A stretch of DNA of 64,000 nucleotides from Candidatus Minusculum obligatum (GCA_045401155.1 CP174360.1:419079-483078); one strand, 5' to 3'; shown: positions 9,555 through 19,422, counted from the stretch's first letter. The notes: generated by a model from the sequence alone, not told the origin. Program-made: numbers and translations.

Positions 9555-10075
9555 TGGCCAATTCCTTGAGGCACAATAACCTTGAACAGCTCTGGGTCAC
9601 GAACACCATTTTCAATAGTTCCTGGAGCCTTGCGCTCTCTGGCAAGCATCATGCCAACAGCATTACTTAGTGTCCCTCCAAGAGTAACGATTCCTCCAAC
9701 ATCCCAAACGCTCTGAATCTTTTTTTTATTTTTATACCCAACAGCCTCTCTTAGCCACTGTAAAACCGCAATCTCTACAAACGTAGCAGAAGGTGCACAA
9801 AAAGATTGGTTAATGAGATTCTGCTGTAAAAAATCAGAAATAAGAGCTCCTCCTATACCTGCAACTGAATTGCCTGAATCTGGAAACCCCATAAAACGTT
9901 CAGTTCCAAAATTCCCACAACTTGGAAGAACATCTTCTAGGAACTCTCTTTCTATATCTTTTAGTGAGATGCCCTCGGCAGGAAGATCTTTAACGATTTT
10001 TTCCTTAAGTGTTTCCGAATCTACCTGCTTTTCCCTAAAGTCTATTCCTGTTTTTAACTCAACTCCAGCCTCCAC
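9530..10075 (-). pseudogene. PLP-dependent group II (amino-acid) decarboxylase, N-terminal ~180-aa fragment
   Basis: FMGFPDSGNSVAGIGGALISDF...SPSATFVEIAVLQWLREAV...GGTLSNAVGMMLARE...HYSVKRNAALS match the conserved N-terminal half of GAD/AADC-type decarboxylases. The PLP-Lys region and C-terminal two-thirds are absent, and the reading frame then runs antisense through the methyltransferase fragment. The 3' boundary is approximate. Confidence 0.5.
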
Positions 10076-10147
10076 AAGAGAATTAAAAAACTCTTTCGCA
10101 AGCTCTTTGTTTTTATTAGGTAAGAATTATTTTGTTTTCTTTATCCA

Positions 10148-11827
10148 TTATTTTGATAATTTTTTTAATTGAGCCTCAATTTCTTCATCTTCAACCTTCT
10201 TAAACAACCCTTCTGCGCCAGAAACTTTATAAGTTTTTTGTGGTCGCCTATACTCCCAAGAAATAGAGTCTTTGTTCCCCAACATACCAAATATCTTTTC
10301 AGATGAACTTGGCACAAACGGATAAAAGAGAACTGCCAAGTTTTCAATAATATGAGCCAGTGAAGCTAGGTCTCCTGGAACATCATCACTATCATCTGTC
10401 TTTACCTTCTTCCAAGGGGCTTTACTATCGAGGTATCGATTACTCTCCTCAGCAATAGATAAGGCCTCTCTGAAAGCTTGTCGGAATTTTCCTGCTTCTA
10501 GCAACTCTCCAACAGCACTACAGCCCTCCTGAAGCTTTGAAACAAGGTTGGCGTCTCCACTTTGATATGCAACACCATCAGGATAATTGCGCTCAATAAA
10601 AGTCAGCACTCTGTTCACCAAATTTCCATATGTACCAATAAGCTCTCCATTTACGCGGTTTTGAAATTCTTTCCATGAGAAGTCAGTATCTCCACTTTCA
10701 GGACCATTAGCAATGAGGAAGTAGCGTAACAGTTCTCCATCAAACACCTCAAGAAATTCAGGAAGCCATACTGCCCATCCTCGGCTCTTTGAAAATTGCT
10801 TACCTTCCAGTGTTAGATACTCTGAAGATACGATTTGATTTGGCAAATGAAGTGATCCCTCAGCCTCCAAGATGCCTGGCCAGATAATCGTATGAAATGG
10901 AATGTTATCTTTTCCATGCACATAATAGTGTTTTGCTGTATCATTCTGCCACCAATCCGCAACACGGAGACCACGCTCTCTCGCCCAAATAACCGAGGCA
11001 GAGTAATATCCACACACAGCTTCAAACCACACATAGATCCTTTTATTCTCGTACCCCTCAAGCGGGATTGGCACTCCCCAGTCCGTATCACGGGTAACCG
11101 CACGATCTTGAAGACCTTGCTTTAGAAACGCTTTAGCAAAAGAGCTTGCATTTAGTCTCCACGAATCACTAGTCTCGGAGACCCACTTTGTAAGTTCCTC
11201 CTGAAGACCAGACAACTTTAGAAAAAAATGTTCTGTCTCACGTTCTTCTAACTTTAAGTCTTCTGGGGATACTCCTTCTTTTTGTGGAAGTATTTTTGTA
11301 TTAACACGTGGACCAATGAGTTCAAGAGGATCAAGAAGTTTTCCGCAGTCATCACACTGATCTCCGCGAGCTCCATCATATCCACAATGAGGACACTTTC
11401 CTTCAACAAACCTGTCAGGAAGGAAGCGATTTAAAAATGGAGAAAAAAGCGCCTTCTCTATTTTGGTGTATAGAAATCCTTTCTTATATAACTTCAGAAA
11501 TAATTCCTGCACTACCTCCGCGTGCCCCTTATCAGTTGTTGCGCCATATCTATCATATGAAAAATTAAGACCTTTTATCAAGGTGTTTTTAAACTCTTCA
11601 TGGTACTTTTCTGCAATCTCTTTGGGAGCAACGTTCTTATTTAAAGCTTCTACAGCAATAGGAGTACCATAACAATCACTTCCAGAAACAAAGAGTACAT
11701 CATCCCCCTTAACGCGATGATATCGAGCAAGCACATCTGCGCCAACAAATGCAGCTGCATGCCCAAGGTGAAGAGAGCCATTTGCATACGGCCATGCCAA
11801 CCCAATAAGTATGTTTTTCTTGCTCAT
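10148..11827 (-). CDS. metG: methionine--tRNA ligase
   Basis: HIGH-type motif (NGSLHLGHAAA), CxxC/CxxC zinc knuckles, KMSKS variant KFSKS. Confidence 0.95.
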   Translation of the reverse strand: MSKKNILIGLAWPYANGSLHLGHAAAFVGADVLARYHRVKGDDVLFVSGSDCYGTPIAVEALNKNVAPKEIAEKYHEEFKNTLIKGLNFSYDRYGATTDKGHAEVVQELFLKLYKKGFLYTKIEKALFSPFLNRFLPDRFVEGKCPHCGYDGARGDQCDDCGKLLDPLELIGPRVNTKILPQKEGVSPEDLKLEERETEHFFLKLSGLQEELTKWVSETSDSWRLNASSFAKAFLKQGLQDRAVTRDTDWGVPIPLEGYENKRIYVWFEAVCGYYSASVIWARERGLRVADWWQNDTAKHYYVHGKDNIPFHTIIWPGILEAEGSLHLPNQIVSSEYLTLEGKQFSKSRGWAVWLPEFLEVFDGELLRYFLIANGPESGDTDFSWKEFQNRVNGELIGTYGNLVNRVLTFIERNYPDGVAYQSGDANLVSKLQEGCSAVGELLEAGKFRQAFREALSIAEESNRYLDSKAPWKKVKTDDSDDVPGDLASLAHIIENLAVLFYPFVPSSSEKIFGMLGNKDSISWEYRRPQKTYKVSGAEGLFKKVEDEEIEAQLKKLSK

Positions 11828-11873
11828 ATAAAGCCATTTAACAACACTTGATAAGATAGGGCAAGATTATTTT

Positions 11874-11900
11874 AAAAGTGCCCCACCTGGGGCACTTTTT
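11874..11900. terminator. bidirectional intrinsic terminator downstream of dnaK
   Basis: AAAAGTGCCCC-ACCT-GGGGCACTTTTT: a perfect 11-bp stem flanked by A- and T-runs. Confidence 0.6.
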
Positions 11901-11901
11901 G

Positions 11902-13791
11902 TTACTTTTCTTCTTCTTTATTTTCTTCCTCCTTCACCTCAGCATCCTTTACTTCTTCTCCCTCTGAAGCTTTTTGCTCAGCCTCTGCTGCCTGCTTTTG
12001 AAGAATCTCTCCAATTTTTTGCATGCTTGTTGAAAGCTCTTCATTTGCTTTCTTAATAGCCTCAAGATCATCCTTATCTTTCACTTCATTAAGTGCAGTG
12101 ATCTTTCCTTCAATCTCAGCCTTTACATCAGCAGGAACCTTATCTCCCGCATCCTTTAGAGACTTCTCTGCCATATGGATCATCTGATCTCCCATATTTT
12201 TCGCTTCTACAAGCTCTTTCTTCTTCTTGTCTTCATCTGCATGCGCTTCAGCGTCCGCCTTCATCTTCTCAATATCTTCCTCTGAGAGTCCTGTTGCAGC
12301 TTCAATACGGATAGACTGTTCCTTATTAGTTGCCTTATCAAGTGCTTTTACATTTAGGATTCCGTTTGTATCCACATCAAAGGTAACTTCAATTTGTGGC
12401 ACTCCACGAGGAGCAGGCGCAATTCCATCTAGCACAAACCGTCCAAGAGACTTATTGTCTGCTGCCATGGCTCGCTCTCCCTGTGTAATGTGAATCTCTA
12501 CAGATGGCTGGTTATCTGCTGCAGTAGAAAATACCTGAGATTTTTGGGTTGGAATTGTTGTATTTCGCTCGATAAGCTTTGTTGCAACATTTCCCATGGT
12601 CTCAATTCCAAGAGAAAGAGGAATCACATCCACAAGAAGAATGTCCTTCACATCTCCCTGCATAATTCCTCCTTGGATACCCGCACCAAGAGCCACCACC
12701 TCATCTGGGTTAATTGATCGGTTTGGCTCTTTTCCAAAGAGTGCCTTTACTTCTTCTTGAATCTTAGGCATTCGTGTCTGCCCTCCTACAAGAATCACTT
12801 CATCAATATCAGATCCCTGCATTCCAGCAGCTTCAAGGGCACGCTTTGTAATATCAATTGAGCGTGTCACATACTCATCCGCAAGCTCCTCAAGCTTTCC
12901 TCGAGTAATAGTTAGCAGCAAGTGCTTTGGACCATCAGCATCTGAGGTAATAAATGGAATATTGATCTCAGTCTCTCCATTATTTGAAAGCTCGTGCTTT
13001 GCCTTCTCAGCAGCCTCATCTAGTCGCTGTAGCGCAAGTGGATCTTTACTTACATCAATACCACTTTCTTTCTTAAACTCCTCAGCAATGTGCTTTACAA
13101 GAGCCTGATCGATATCGCGTCCTCCCATGTGTGCATCTCCATCTGTCGCACGTACCTCAATCACATCATCTCCTACCTCTAGAATAGATACGTCAAAAGT
13201 ACCTCCTCCGAAGTCAAATACGGCAATCTTCTCATCCTTCTTTCGGTTAAATCCATATGCCAAAGCAGCTGCAGTTGGCTCATTGATGATTCGCTTTACC
13301 TCAAGACCTGCAATCTTTCCTGCAGCTTTTGTAGCGTTTCGCTGCGCATCGTCAAAGTATGCAGGTACTGTAATGATTGCCTCTGTGATCTTCTCTCCAG
13401 TTTTTGCCTCAGCATCCGCTTTCATCTTAGATAGAATCATTGCTGATACCTCCTCTGGCCGATAATCCTTATCTCCGAGAGTCACAAGCACACCATCATC
13501 TGATCCTTTCTTTAGCTCGTATGCCACGAACTCCTTATCTCGCTGCACAGACTTATCTTCAAAGCGATGCCCCATGAATCGCTTAATTCCATAGATGGTA
13601 TTCTTTGGATTTGTTACCGCTTGTCGCTTTGCGACTGTTCCTACCAAACGCTCTCCATTTTTAGCGATAGCCACTACAGAAGGTGTAGTTCGATTTCCAT
13701 CACTGTTTTCAATGATTGTTGGCTCTCCACCCTCAACAATAGCCATTGCTGAGTTTGTTGTTCCTAGGTCGATTCCGAGAATTTTACTCAT
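11902..13791 (-). CDS. dnaK: molecular chaperone DnaK (Hsp70)
   Basis: [18 protein letters not shown] and [11 protein letters not shown] signatures; acidic C-terminal tail. Confidence 0.97.
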   Translation of the reverse strand: MSKILGIDLGTTNSAMAIVEGGEPTIIENSDGNRTTPSVVAIAKNGERLVGTVAKRQAVTNPKNTIYGIKRFMGHRFEDKSVQRDKEFVAYELKKGSDDGVLVTLGDKDYRPEEVSAMILSKMKADAEAKTGEKITEAIITVPAYFDDAQRNATKAAGKIAGLEVKRIINEPTAAALAYGFNRKKDEKIAVFDFGGGTFDVSILEVGDDVIEVRATDGDAHMGGRDIDQALVKHIAEEFKKESGIDVSKDPLALQRLDEAAEKAKHELSNNGETEINIPFITSDADGPKHLLLTITRGKLEELADEYVTRSIDITKRALEAAGMQGSDIDEVILVGGQTRMPKIQEEVKALFGKEPNRSINPDEVVALGAGIQGGIMQGDVKDILLVDVIPLSLGIETMGNVATKLIERNTTIPTQKSQVFSTAADNQPSVEIHITQGERAMAADNKSLGRFVLDGIAPAPRGVPQIEVTFDVDTNGILNVKALDKATNKEQSIRIEAATGLSEEDIEKMKADAEAHADEDKKKKELVEAKNMGDQMIHMAEKSLKDAGDKVPADVKAEIEGKITALNEVKDKDDLEAIKKANEELSTSMQKIGEILQKQAAEAEQKASEGEEVKDAEVKEEENKEEEK

Positions 13792-13792
13792 A

Positions 13793-14308
13793 TTACTTTT
13801 CGTTAAAGGTTGCTACTTGTACTTTTGCTGGTCTTATAATCTCCTCTCCCTTCTTATATCCCTTTTGTAAAACTTGGGTGATCGTATCGTCTTCTTCTTT
13901 GTTATCAGTTTCTACGGTTCCCATTGGCTCGTGTAGATTTGGATTAAATGGTTCGCCAATTGGATTTACCTCCTCGATACCCATTCCTTCTAGAAGCTGT
14001 CTTTTGATAAGCTTCACTCCTTCATTTTCTTCATGAGCGAGTGCACTTTCAAGAGAGTCTAGTGCGGGAAGAATTTGTTCAATACATGAACGAAATCCAT
14101 ACTCAAATTTCTTCCCACCTTCCTCTTCAAGACGTTTCTTCGTATTGATGAAGTCCGCTTTTGCGCGCTGCCAACCGTCTAGATATTCCTGTCGTTCAGC
14201 CTTACATTTCTTTAGTTCCTCTCCTATCTTCTTGGCATCTTTTGCCTTTAATGAAGAGGTATTTTCCTGCTCTTCTACGAATTCAATGTCTTCGTGTGAA
14301 TCACTCAT
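13793..14308 (-). CDS. grpE: nucleotide exchange factor GrpE
   Basis: Coiled-coil N-terminus and GrpE beta-domain; immediately upstream of dnaK. Confidence 0.88.
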   Translation of the reverse strand: MSDSHEDIEFVEEQENTSSLKAKDAKKIGEELKKCKAERQEYLDGWQRAKADFINTKKRLEEEGGKKFEYGFRSCIEQILPALDSLESALAHEENEGVKLIKRQLLEGMGIEEVNPIGEPFNPNLHEPMGTVETDNKEEDDTITQVLQKGYKKGEEIIRPAKVQVATFNEK

Positions 14309-14355
14309 GTGTCCCCTAGTATGGGAATTTTTTTGTCTGTGTCAAGGTAATCTCC

Positions 14356-14910
14356 TTGCTGTTTTATTCACAAAGTAATAACATTCAAAATATGGAATGT
14401 AGTAATTGCAAAACTCACATTGAACCGTCAGATAATTTTTGCACGAACTGCGGTACAGAAACTCCTCAGGTTTATTTTTATGGAAAAAATTGGAGAAAAC
14501 AACACTCAATTGTTTTAGTAAAAAGTAACAATTATGACATTTTTATATCTGATAAATCTTTATACATAATAAAATTTAAGGCTGTTATTGGGGCAGGAAT
14601 AGGTTTTCTCTTCGGGCTTATTATTCTATCAATCCTTGGTGCTTTTATTGGAGGTTTAATTGGAAATCGTTTTGATGAAAGAAAAATAAAAAGAACACGC
14701 TCTACTTGGATCACAGATAGCAATCGATTAATTTCTAAAAAATATAAAGAGTTTGTTTATATTCAAATTCCTTTTGAGGAAATTTCTCGTTCTTTAGAAA
14801 TTAAAGATAAGAAAATTCACATTTATACAAATAACAAGAAGTATACATTTTTAAAAAATAAAGAAGAGATTGCCCTTTTAAAGAAAAAGCTAAAAAAATA
14901 TGTTTTGTAA
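14356..14910 (+). CDS. zinc-ribbon (CxxC-x11-CxxC) single-pass membrane protein, hypothetical
   Basis: N-terminal CSNCKTHIEPSDNFCTNCG, one TM helix (GIGFLFGLIILSILGAFIGGLIG). Strongly AT-rich, Lys/Ile/Asn-rich gene. Confidence 0.4.
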   Translation: MLFYSQSNNIQNMECSNCKTHIEPSDNFCTNCGTETPQVYFYGKNWRKQHSIVLVKSNNYDIFISDKSLYIIKFKAVIGAGIGFLFGLIILSILGAFIGGLIGNRFDERKIKRTRSTWITDSNRLISKKYKEFVYIQIPFEEISRSLEIKDKKIHIYTNNKKYTFLKNKEEIALLKKKLKKYVL

Positions 14911-15457
14911 AAAATGCGGAAAGGAAATTTTAGAAAGTAATGTAAACAAAACCTGTCTTTCTTGTGAAAAAAATATACTTGAAGATAAGAAAAAGGATTT
15001 AAGAGAAAAATGGGGCCTTGGAAAATGGACTTTTATTGTAATAGTTATTCTTATTCTTTTGTGCATTAGTATATTTTTTTCAATAATAAGAAGTGAAATT
15101 GAATATCAGAATGAAGTTGACTCTAGTTTTTCATCACAACTTTTTATGGAAAATTTGGCGAAAGATATTCAAAGCGGTTATGGAAAACTCCCCGTAGAAA
15201 TTAATGACTTTACAACACTGGATAAAATTACAGGAGAATCTCAAAAAATTATATATTCATATACTCTTTTTGGTGTTTCCCATATAAACAACGATGAGGC
15301 TTTGGAGATTAAAAAAGAATTGACCCAAAATCTTTGTTCTCTAGAAGATGTTCAGATTTTTATAGATGGAGAAGTTGTTTTTGAATACAATTACTACAAT
15401 GATTCATCTTTTTTATTAAAAACAATATCAGTAAATTTTAAAGATGACTGCACTTAA
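14900..15457 (+). CDS. zinc-ribbon single-pass membrane protein, hypothetical
   Basis: N-terminal CKKCGKEILESNVNKTCLSCEKN, one TM helix. The start overlaps the stop of the upstream gene (coupled). AT-rich. Confidence 0.4.
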   Translation: MFCKKCGKEILESNVNKTCLSCEKNILEDKKKDLREKWGLGKWTFIVIVILILLCISIFFSIIRSEIEYQNEVDSSFSSQLFMENLAKDIQSGYGKLPVEINDFTTLDKITGESQKIIYSYTLFGVSHINNDEALEIKKELTQNLCSLEDVQIFIDGEVVFEYNYYNDSSFLLKTISVNFKDDCT

Positions 15458-15471
15458 CCTCGAGCGATACC

Positions 15472-15499
15472 AAAAAACCGCCTCCCGGCGGTTCTTCTC
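15472..15499. terminator. bidirectional intrinsic terminator between the zinc-ribbon pair and rpsI
   Basis: AAAAAACCGCC-TCCC-GGCGGTT followed by a T-rich run; A-run on the other side. Confidence 0.6.
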
Positions 15500-15500
15500 T

Positions 15501-15899
15501 TTATCGCTTGCTCCACTGTGGAGACTTTCGAGCCTTTCGAAGACCTGGCTTCTTTCGCTCCTTGATTCGAGCATCTCGTGTAAGAAGTCCGTCTGCCTTT
15601 AGAGGACCTCGAAGCTTCTCATCAAGCTTCACAAGAGCACGTGCGATTCCGTGTCGTACGGCGTCCGCCTGTGCGCGCTGTCCTCCTCCTACTACTTTTG
15701 CTGATACGGCAAAATCTTGTGTTACGTCATCATGCTTTAGAGCCTCCTCGATGATCGCAACGTACTCAGGTGAGCTGAAGTAGTCAGCTGCCTTCTTGTC
15801 ATTTACGATAACCTCAACCTTATCTGCAGGAGTAATACGCACCCGTGCATTTGCGGTCTTTCGTCGTCCAATTCCCTCTGTGTATCGTGTATCAGCCAT
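15501..15899 (-). CDS. rpsI: 30S ribosomal protein S9
   Basis: C-terminal RDARIKERKKPGLRKARK...SKR signature. Confidence 0.95.
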   Translation of the reverse strand: MADTRYTEGIGRRKTANARVRITPADKVEVIVNDKKAADYFSSPEYVAIIEEALKHDDVTQDFAVSAKVVGGGQRAQADAVRHGIARALVKLDEKLRGPLKADGLLTRDARIKERKKPGLRKARKSPQWSKR

Positions 15900-15900
15900 A

Positions 15901-16263
15901 TTACTTACTAAATGTTAGTCGCTTCATCATGCGTGGTCGAAGCTTATTACCTGGAAGCATTCCGTAAATTGCTTTACGCATAACCTCTTCGTATCCCTTC
16001 TTATCAATCAGATCCTGAAGTGAAGAAATTCTAAGTCCTCCTGGGTATCCAGTATATTTCTGGTACTCCTTCTGTCCTCGCTTCTTCTCTGAGATCTTTA
16101 GCTTCTCTACGTTCTCGATAGTTACAGAAACAGGCGCAACCTCATGCTTAGTGAAGTCGGGCATATTCTTTCCCATTAGATACGTAGCCGCTTCAGTCGC
16201 TACGCGACCAATCGGACGATCTGTTGCATCAATTGTGTATTCTCGTACCTCCATATTAAACAA
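15901..16263 (-). CDS. rplM: 50S ribosomal protein L13
   Basis: Conserved L13 N-terminus (IDATDRPIGRVAT) and L13-S9 gene order. Confidence 0.93.
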   Translation of the reverse strand: MFNMEVREYTIDATDRPIGRVATEAATYLMGKNMPDFTKHEVAPVSVTIENVEKLKISEKKRGQKEYQKYTGYPGGLRISSLQDLIDKKGYEEVMRKAIYGMLPGNKLRPRMMKRLTFSK

Positions 16264-16609
16264 AGCTAATGTACGCTACCTTGCGACCATCTTCAAGTAC
16301 GCGTGGACTCTTAACAATACGTGTGTACCCTCCTGCCTGATCCTTGTACTTAGGACCAAGAACAGCAAAGAGCTTGTCTGTAGTCTCCTTGTCATTTCCA
16401 AGGCGTGCCATTATTAGGCGACGATTCGCTACAGTATCCTCTTTAGCACGGGTCACGAGCTTCTCTACATATGGGCGAAGGCTCTTTGCCTTTGCCTCTG
16501 TAGTCTCGATAGCTTCCTCAAGCACCAAGGCACGTGCAAGGCTACGCATAAGCCCTGTGCGCACTTTCCGTACTCGTCCAAATGTTCGTCCTGATGCTTG
16601 CTTTTTCAT
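16256..16609 (-). CDS. rplQ: 50S ribosomal protein L17
   Basis: RxxGR basic N-terminus, ETTEAKAKSLRPYVEKLVT, C-terminal GGYTRI. Confidence 0.93.
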   Translation of the reverse strand: MKKQASGRTFGRVRKVRTGLMRSLARALVLEEAIETTEAKAKSLRPYVEKLVTRAKEDTVANRRLIMARLGNDKETTDKLFAVLGPKYKDQAGGYTRIVKSPRVLEDGRKVAYISFV

Positions 16610-16610
16610 A

Positions 16611-17564
16611 TTACTCTTCTTCCTTTAGGGCTACTCCCAATTTCTTAAGAGCTGCCTCGATTTCCTCTACCCCTTTAGCTCCAAGTCCCTCAAGTTCAGT
16701 AAGATCCTTAGCGCTCTTCTTCACAAGTCCTCCAACTGTTCGGATACTTGCTTCATCAAGAGCGTTTGCTACACGTGCTCCAAGATCAAGTGTCTCAACA
16801 CGAGTCTTGTTCACGTCCTCAGGAGCATCTGTAGCTTCCTCTTTTGCAGGAGCCTCCTCCTCTACTGTAGGAACCTCAATCTCCTCCTCCTGGAATCCGA
16901 TCACCGCCTTAAGCTGGTGGATCATGATCTCGATTGCTCGCTCAAGTGCCTCCTTTGCTGAGATCGTACCATTTGTCTCAATAAACATTCGCACACGATT
17001 AAAGTCAGTTCGATCTCCAACTCGCATATTCTCTACCTCGTAGTTTACGCGTCGAATTGGGGTAAATGTTGCATCAAGTGCAATCACTCCAATATCAACC
17101 TTCTCCTTCATAAGAGCCTCCTTTGGAATATATCCAAGTCCCTTCTCAAGTGTTAGCTCAAGCTCAAGCTTCTTCTTTCCAGTTGAAGCAATGTGCTGAT
17201 CTGGATTTACGATAGTTACCTGTCCAGGAACCTTAAGGTCCTTAGCAGTTAGATCTCCTGATCCTGAAAGAGTCACAACTTGTGGCTCATCTGTTGCAAG
17301 ATCAAAGTGCACCTTCTTAAGGTTAAGAAGAATTCCTAGAACATCTTCCTTTACTCCCTCAATAGTTGCAAACTCGTGTGCTACACCATCAATCTTTACT
17401 GAAGTGATAGCTGCTCCTGGTAGAGATGAAAGGATAATTCGTCGAAGAGAGTTTCCAAGAGTGTGTCCGTATCCAGGATACAGATTATCAATCTCGAATA
17501 CTCCAGAGTGTCCTTCCTCTTTAACGATACGTGGCTTACTTGGTAGTGTGATTTGGTACTCCAT
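16611..17564 (-). CDS. rpoA: DNA-directed RNA polymerase subunit alpha
   Basis: N-terminal domain GYGHTLGNSLRRILLSS, C-terminal helix-hairpin-helix (RVANAL...TVGGL). Confidence 0.95.
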   Translation of the reverse strand: MEYQITLPSKPRIVKEEGHSGVFEIDNLYPGYGHTLGNSLRRIILSSLPGAAITSVKIDGVAHEFATIEGVKEDVLGILLNLKKVHFDLATDEPQVVTLSGSGDLTAKDLKVPGQVTIVNPDQHIASTGKKKLELELTLEKGLGYIPKEALMKEKVDIGVIALDATFTPIRRVNYEVENMRVGDRTDFNRVRMFIETNGTISAKEALERAIEIMIHQLKAVIGFQEEEIEVPTVEEEAPAKEEATDAPEDVNKTRVETLDLGARVANALDEASIRTVGGLVKKSAKDLTELEGLGAKGVEEIEAALKKLGVALKEEE

Positions 17565-17576
17565 ATGCGAGGCTTA

Positions 17577-18191
17577 TTAACGACTATAAAATGAAATAAC
17601 TGAGGTTAGATCTCCAGCTGCTTCGGTTTCAACGAAGGTTGGAAGATCAGCTACTTCTACTGAAAGTTCTTTTGGATTTGGCTTTAGCCAACCAACAATA
17701 GTTCCGTTTGTCATTCGCTCAGAAGTATTTGCAAATACGGTTGCATTCTTACTTCCGTCACGAACAGCAACAACATCTCCTACGCGTACCACATGGCTAG
17801 GTACGGTAATCTTCTTTCCGTTCACTGTAATGTGACCGTGAGAAACAATCTGTCGAGCGTGACGACGAGTTGTCGCAAGAAGTGCTCGTGCTACTACGTT
17901 ATCTAGACGACGCTCAAGAGCCTTGTGTAGCTCCTCTGCAGGGTTTGCACCGTGTAGTGCCATAACTGCATTAACATAGTTGCGGAACTGCTTCTCAGTC
18001 ACACCATATGTAATTCGAACCTTTTGCTTCTCTAGAAGCTGCTTACCAAAGTCAGAAACGTTTCCAGGACGTCGTCCTCGTCGCTGCTTACTCTTTCGAG
18101 CTTCAGATAGAGCAAACTTCTGTGTCTGAGTCTTCTCAAATACAGATGCTCCTAGTCGCTTTGCGATTTTATATTTTGGTCCAATTTTCAT
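17577..18191 (-). CDS. rpsD: 30S ribosomal protein S4
   Basis: S4 RNA-binding domain (LDNVVARALLATTRRHARQIVSHGHITVNGKK). Confidence 0.95.
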   Translation of the reverse strand: MKIGPKYKIAKRLGASVFEKTQTQKFALSEARKSKQRRGRRPGNVSDFGKQLLEKQKVRITYGVTEKQFRNYVNAVMALHGANPAEELHKALERRLDNVVARALLATTRRHARQIVSHGHITVNGKKITVPSHVVRVGDVVAVRDGSKNATVFANTSERMTNGTIVGWLKPNPKELSVEVADLPTFVETEAAGDLTSVISFYSR

Positions 18192-18194
18192 AGG

Positions 18195-18629
18195 CTATAC
18201 TCGTCGTGGCTTAGGTGGACGTGGTCCGTTGTGTGGTACCGGAGTCTTATCCTTAATATTCACCACGTTGATTCCCTTTGAAGCGAATCCTCGAAGTGCT
18301 GACTCTCGTCCTGCTCCAACACCGCGAATAACTACAGATGCTTCTTTCATTCCCATCATCTGTGCTTTCTCTCCAAGAAGCTCTCCTACCTTAGCGGCAG
18401 CATATGGAGTACTCTTTCGAGCTCCTCCAAATCCAAGTGCTCCTGAAGTTGACCACATTACAGTGTTTCCCTCAGCATCTGAAAGCGTTAGCTTTGTGTT
18501 ATTGAATGTAGCCTCAATATTAAGTACACCGTTCTCTAGACGCTTACGTGGAACTTTAGAAAGTGATCGGTTCTTGCGACCCTGATCCACTCCTCTTCCA
18601 GACTTCTTTGCAATTCGTTTCTTTCCCAT
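18195..18629 (-). CDS. rpsK: 30S ribosomal protein S11
   Basis: NNTKLTLSDAEGNT...GFGGARKSTPYAAA core. Confidence 0.95.
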   Translation of the reverse strand: MGKKRIAKKSGRGVDQGRKNRSLSKVPRKRLENGVLNIEATFNNTKLTLSDAEGNTVMWSTSGALGFGGARKSTPYAAAKVGELLGEKAQMMGMKEASVVIRGVGAGRESALRGFASKGINVVNIKDKTPVPHNGPRPPKPRRV

Positions 18630-18635
18630 AGTGTA

Positions 18636-19016
18636 TTAAGTCTTCTCTACCTTACGGCGTCCACTTCCCATAGTCTTTCGTACGTTTCCACGTACAGTTC
18701 GTGAATTGGTCTTTGTTCGCTGTCCGCGTGTTGGAAGACGTCGCTCATGTCGAACTCCTCGATATGCGCGAATATCCTTTAGGCGCTTAATGTTTTGTGA
18801 GACTTCTCGACGAAGATCTCCCTCAATAGTATCTCCCTCAATCTTAGCTCGAAGCTTTTGCTCTTCTTCTTGTGTAAGTTCAGTTGGTTTTTTTGTATGT
18901 GGAATACCAAACTCATCAAGAATAGCTTCAGCCTTTTTACGTCCAACACCATACACTTCAGTAAGTGCAATGCTTAGATGTTTGTTATCCGGAATGGTAA
19001 TACCTGAGATTCGCAT
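18636..19016 (-). CDS. rpsM: 30S ribosomal protein S13
   Basis: MRISGITIPDNKH...LTEVYGVGRKKA N-terminus and basic C-terminus. Confidence 0.95.
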   Translation of the reverse strand: MRISGITIPDNKHLSIALTEVYGVGRKKAEAILDEFGIPHTKKPTELTQEEEQKLRAKIEGDTIEGDLRREVSQNIKRLKDIRAYRGVRHERRLPTRGQRTKTNSRTVRGNVRKTMGSGRRKVEKT

Positions 19017-19019
19017 ATA

Positions 19020-19136
19020 CTAACCTTGTCGTGCTTTCCGTCGTGGATTCTGCTTATTAATACGGTAAATTTTCCCTCGTCGTCGTACGAGTTTATCTCC
19101 TGGCTGTTGCTTTTTAATTGATGCTCGAACTTTCAT
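19020..19136 (-). CDS. rpmJ: 50S ribosomal protein L36 (non-zinc-binding variant)
   Basis: A 38-aa ORF not in the supplied track: [38 protein letters not shown], in the canonical position between rpsM and infA. It lacks the C-x2-C-x12-C-x4-H ligands. Confidence 0.8.
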   Translation of the reverse strand: MKVRASIKKQQPGDKLVRRRGKIYRINKQNPRRKARQG

Positions 19137-19139
19137 ACT

Positions 19140-19352
19140 CTAGCCTCGACGCACAATACGCGCCTTTCCTCCGTAGGGGTCTTTTACAACCTCTACCTCA
19201 TCTCCAACTAACACGCGAATTCGATGAAGTCGCATTTTTCCCGCAAGATACGCAAGGCCCTCCTCGCCATCTTCATAACGGATGCGGAACAGGAGGTTAG
19301 GCAATGCCTCCTCCACTGTCCCGCGGATGGTTTCTTCTTCTTTTTTCGCCAT
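19140..19352 (-). CDS. infA: translation initiation factor IF-1
   Basis: S1-like OB fold GTVEEALPN..FRIRYEDG..LAYLAGKMR...RIRVLVGDEVEV. Confidence 0.95.
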   Translation of the reverse strand: MAKKEEETIRGTVEEALPNLLFRIRYEDGEEGLAYLAGKMRLHRIRVLVGDEVEVVKDPYGGKARIVRRG

Positions 19353-19422
19353 GTGAAGCAGGCCCCATCCTAACAGGCAATGTGTTTTGCGTCAACACCC
19401 TTATACCGCATAGATACTGGGA

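Noticed and set aside
12227-13465. Plus-strand ORFs (88, 75 and 112 aa) within dnaK
   Set aside because: They are antisense to dnaK; no signals.
16582-17043. 153-aa Ser-rich plus-strand ORF opposite rpoA
   Set aside because: It is antisense to a highly conserved rpoA gene; an artefact of GC-skewed coding on the other strand.
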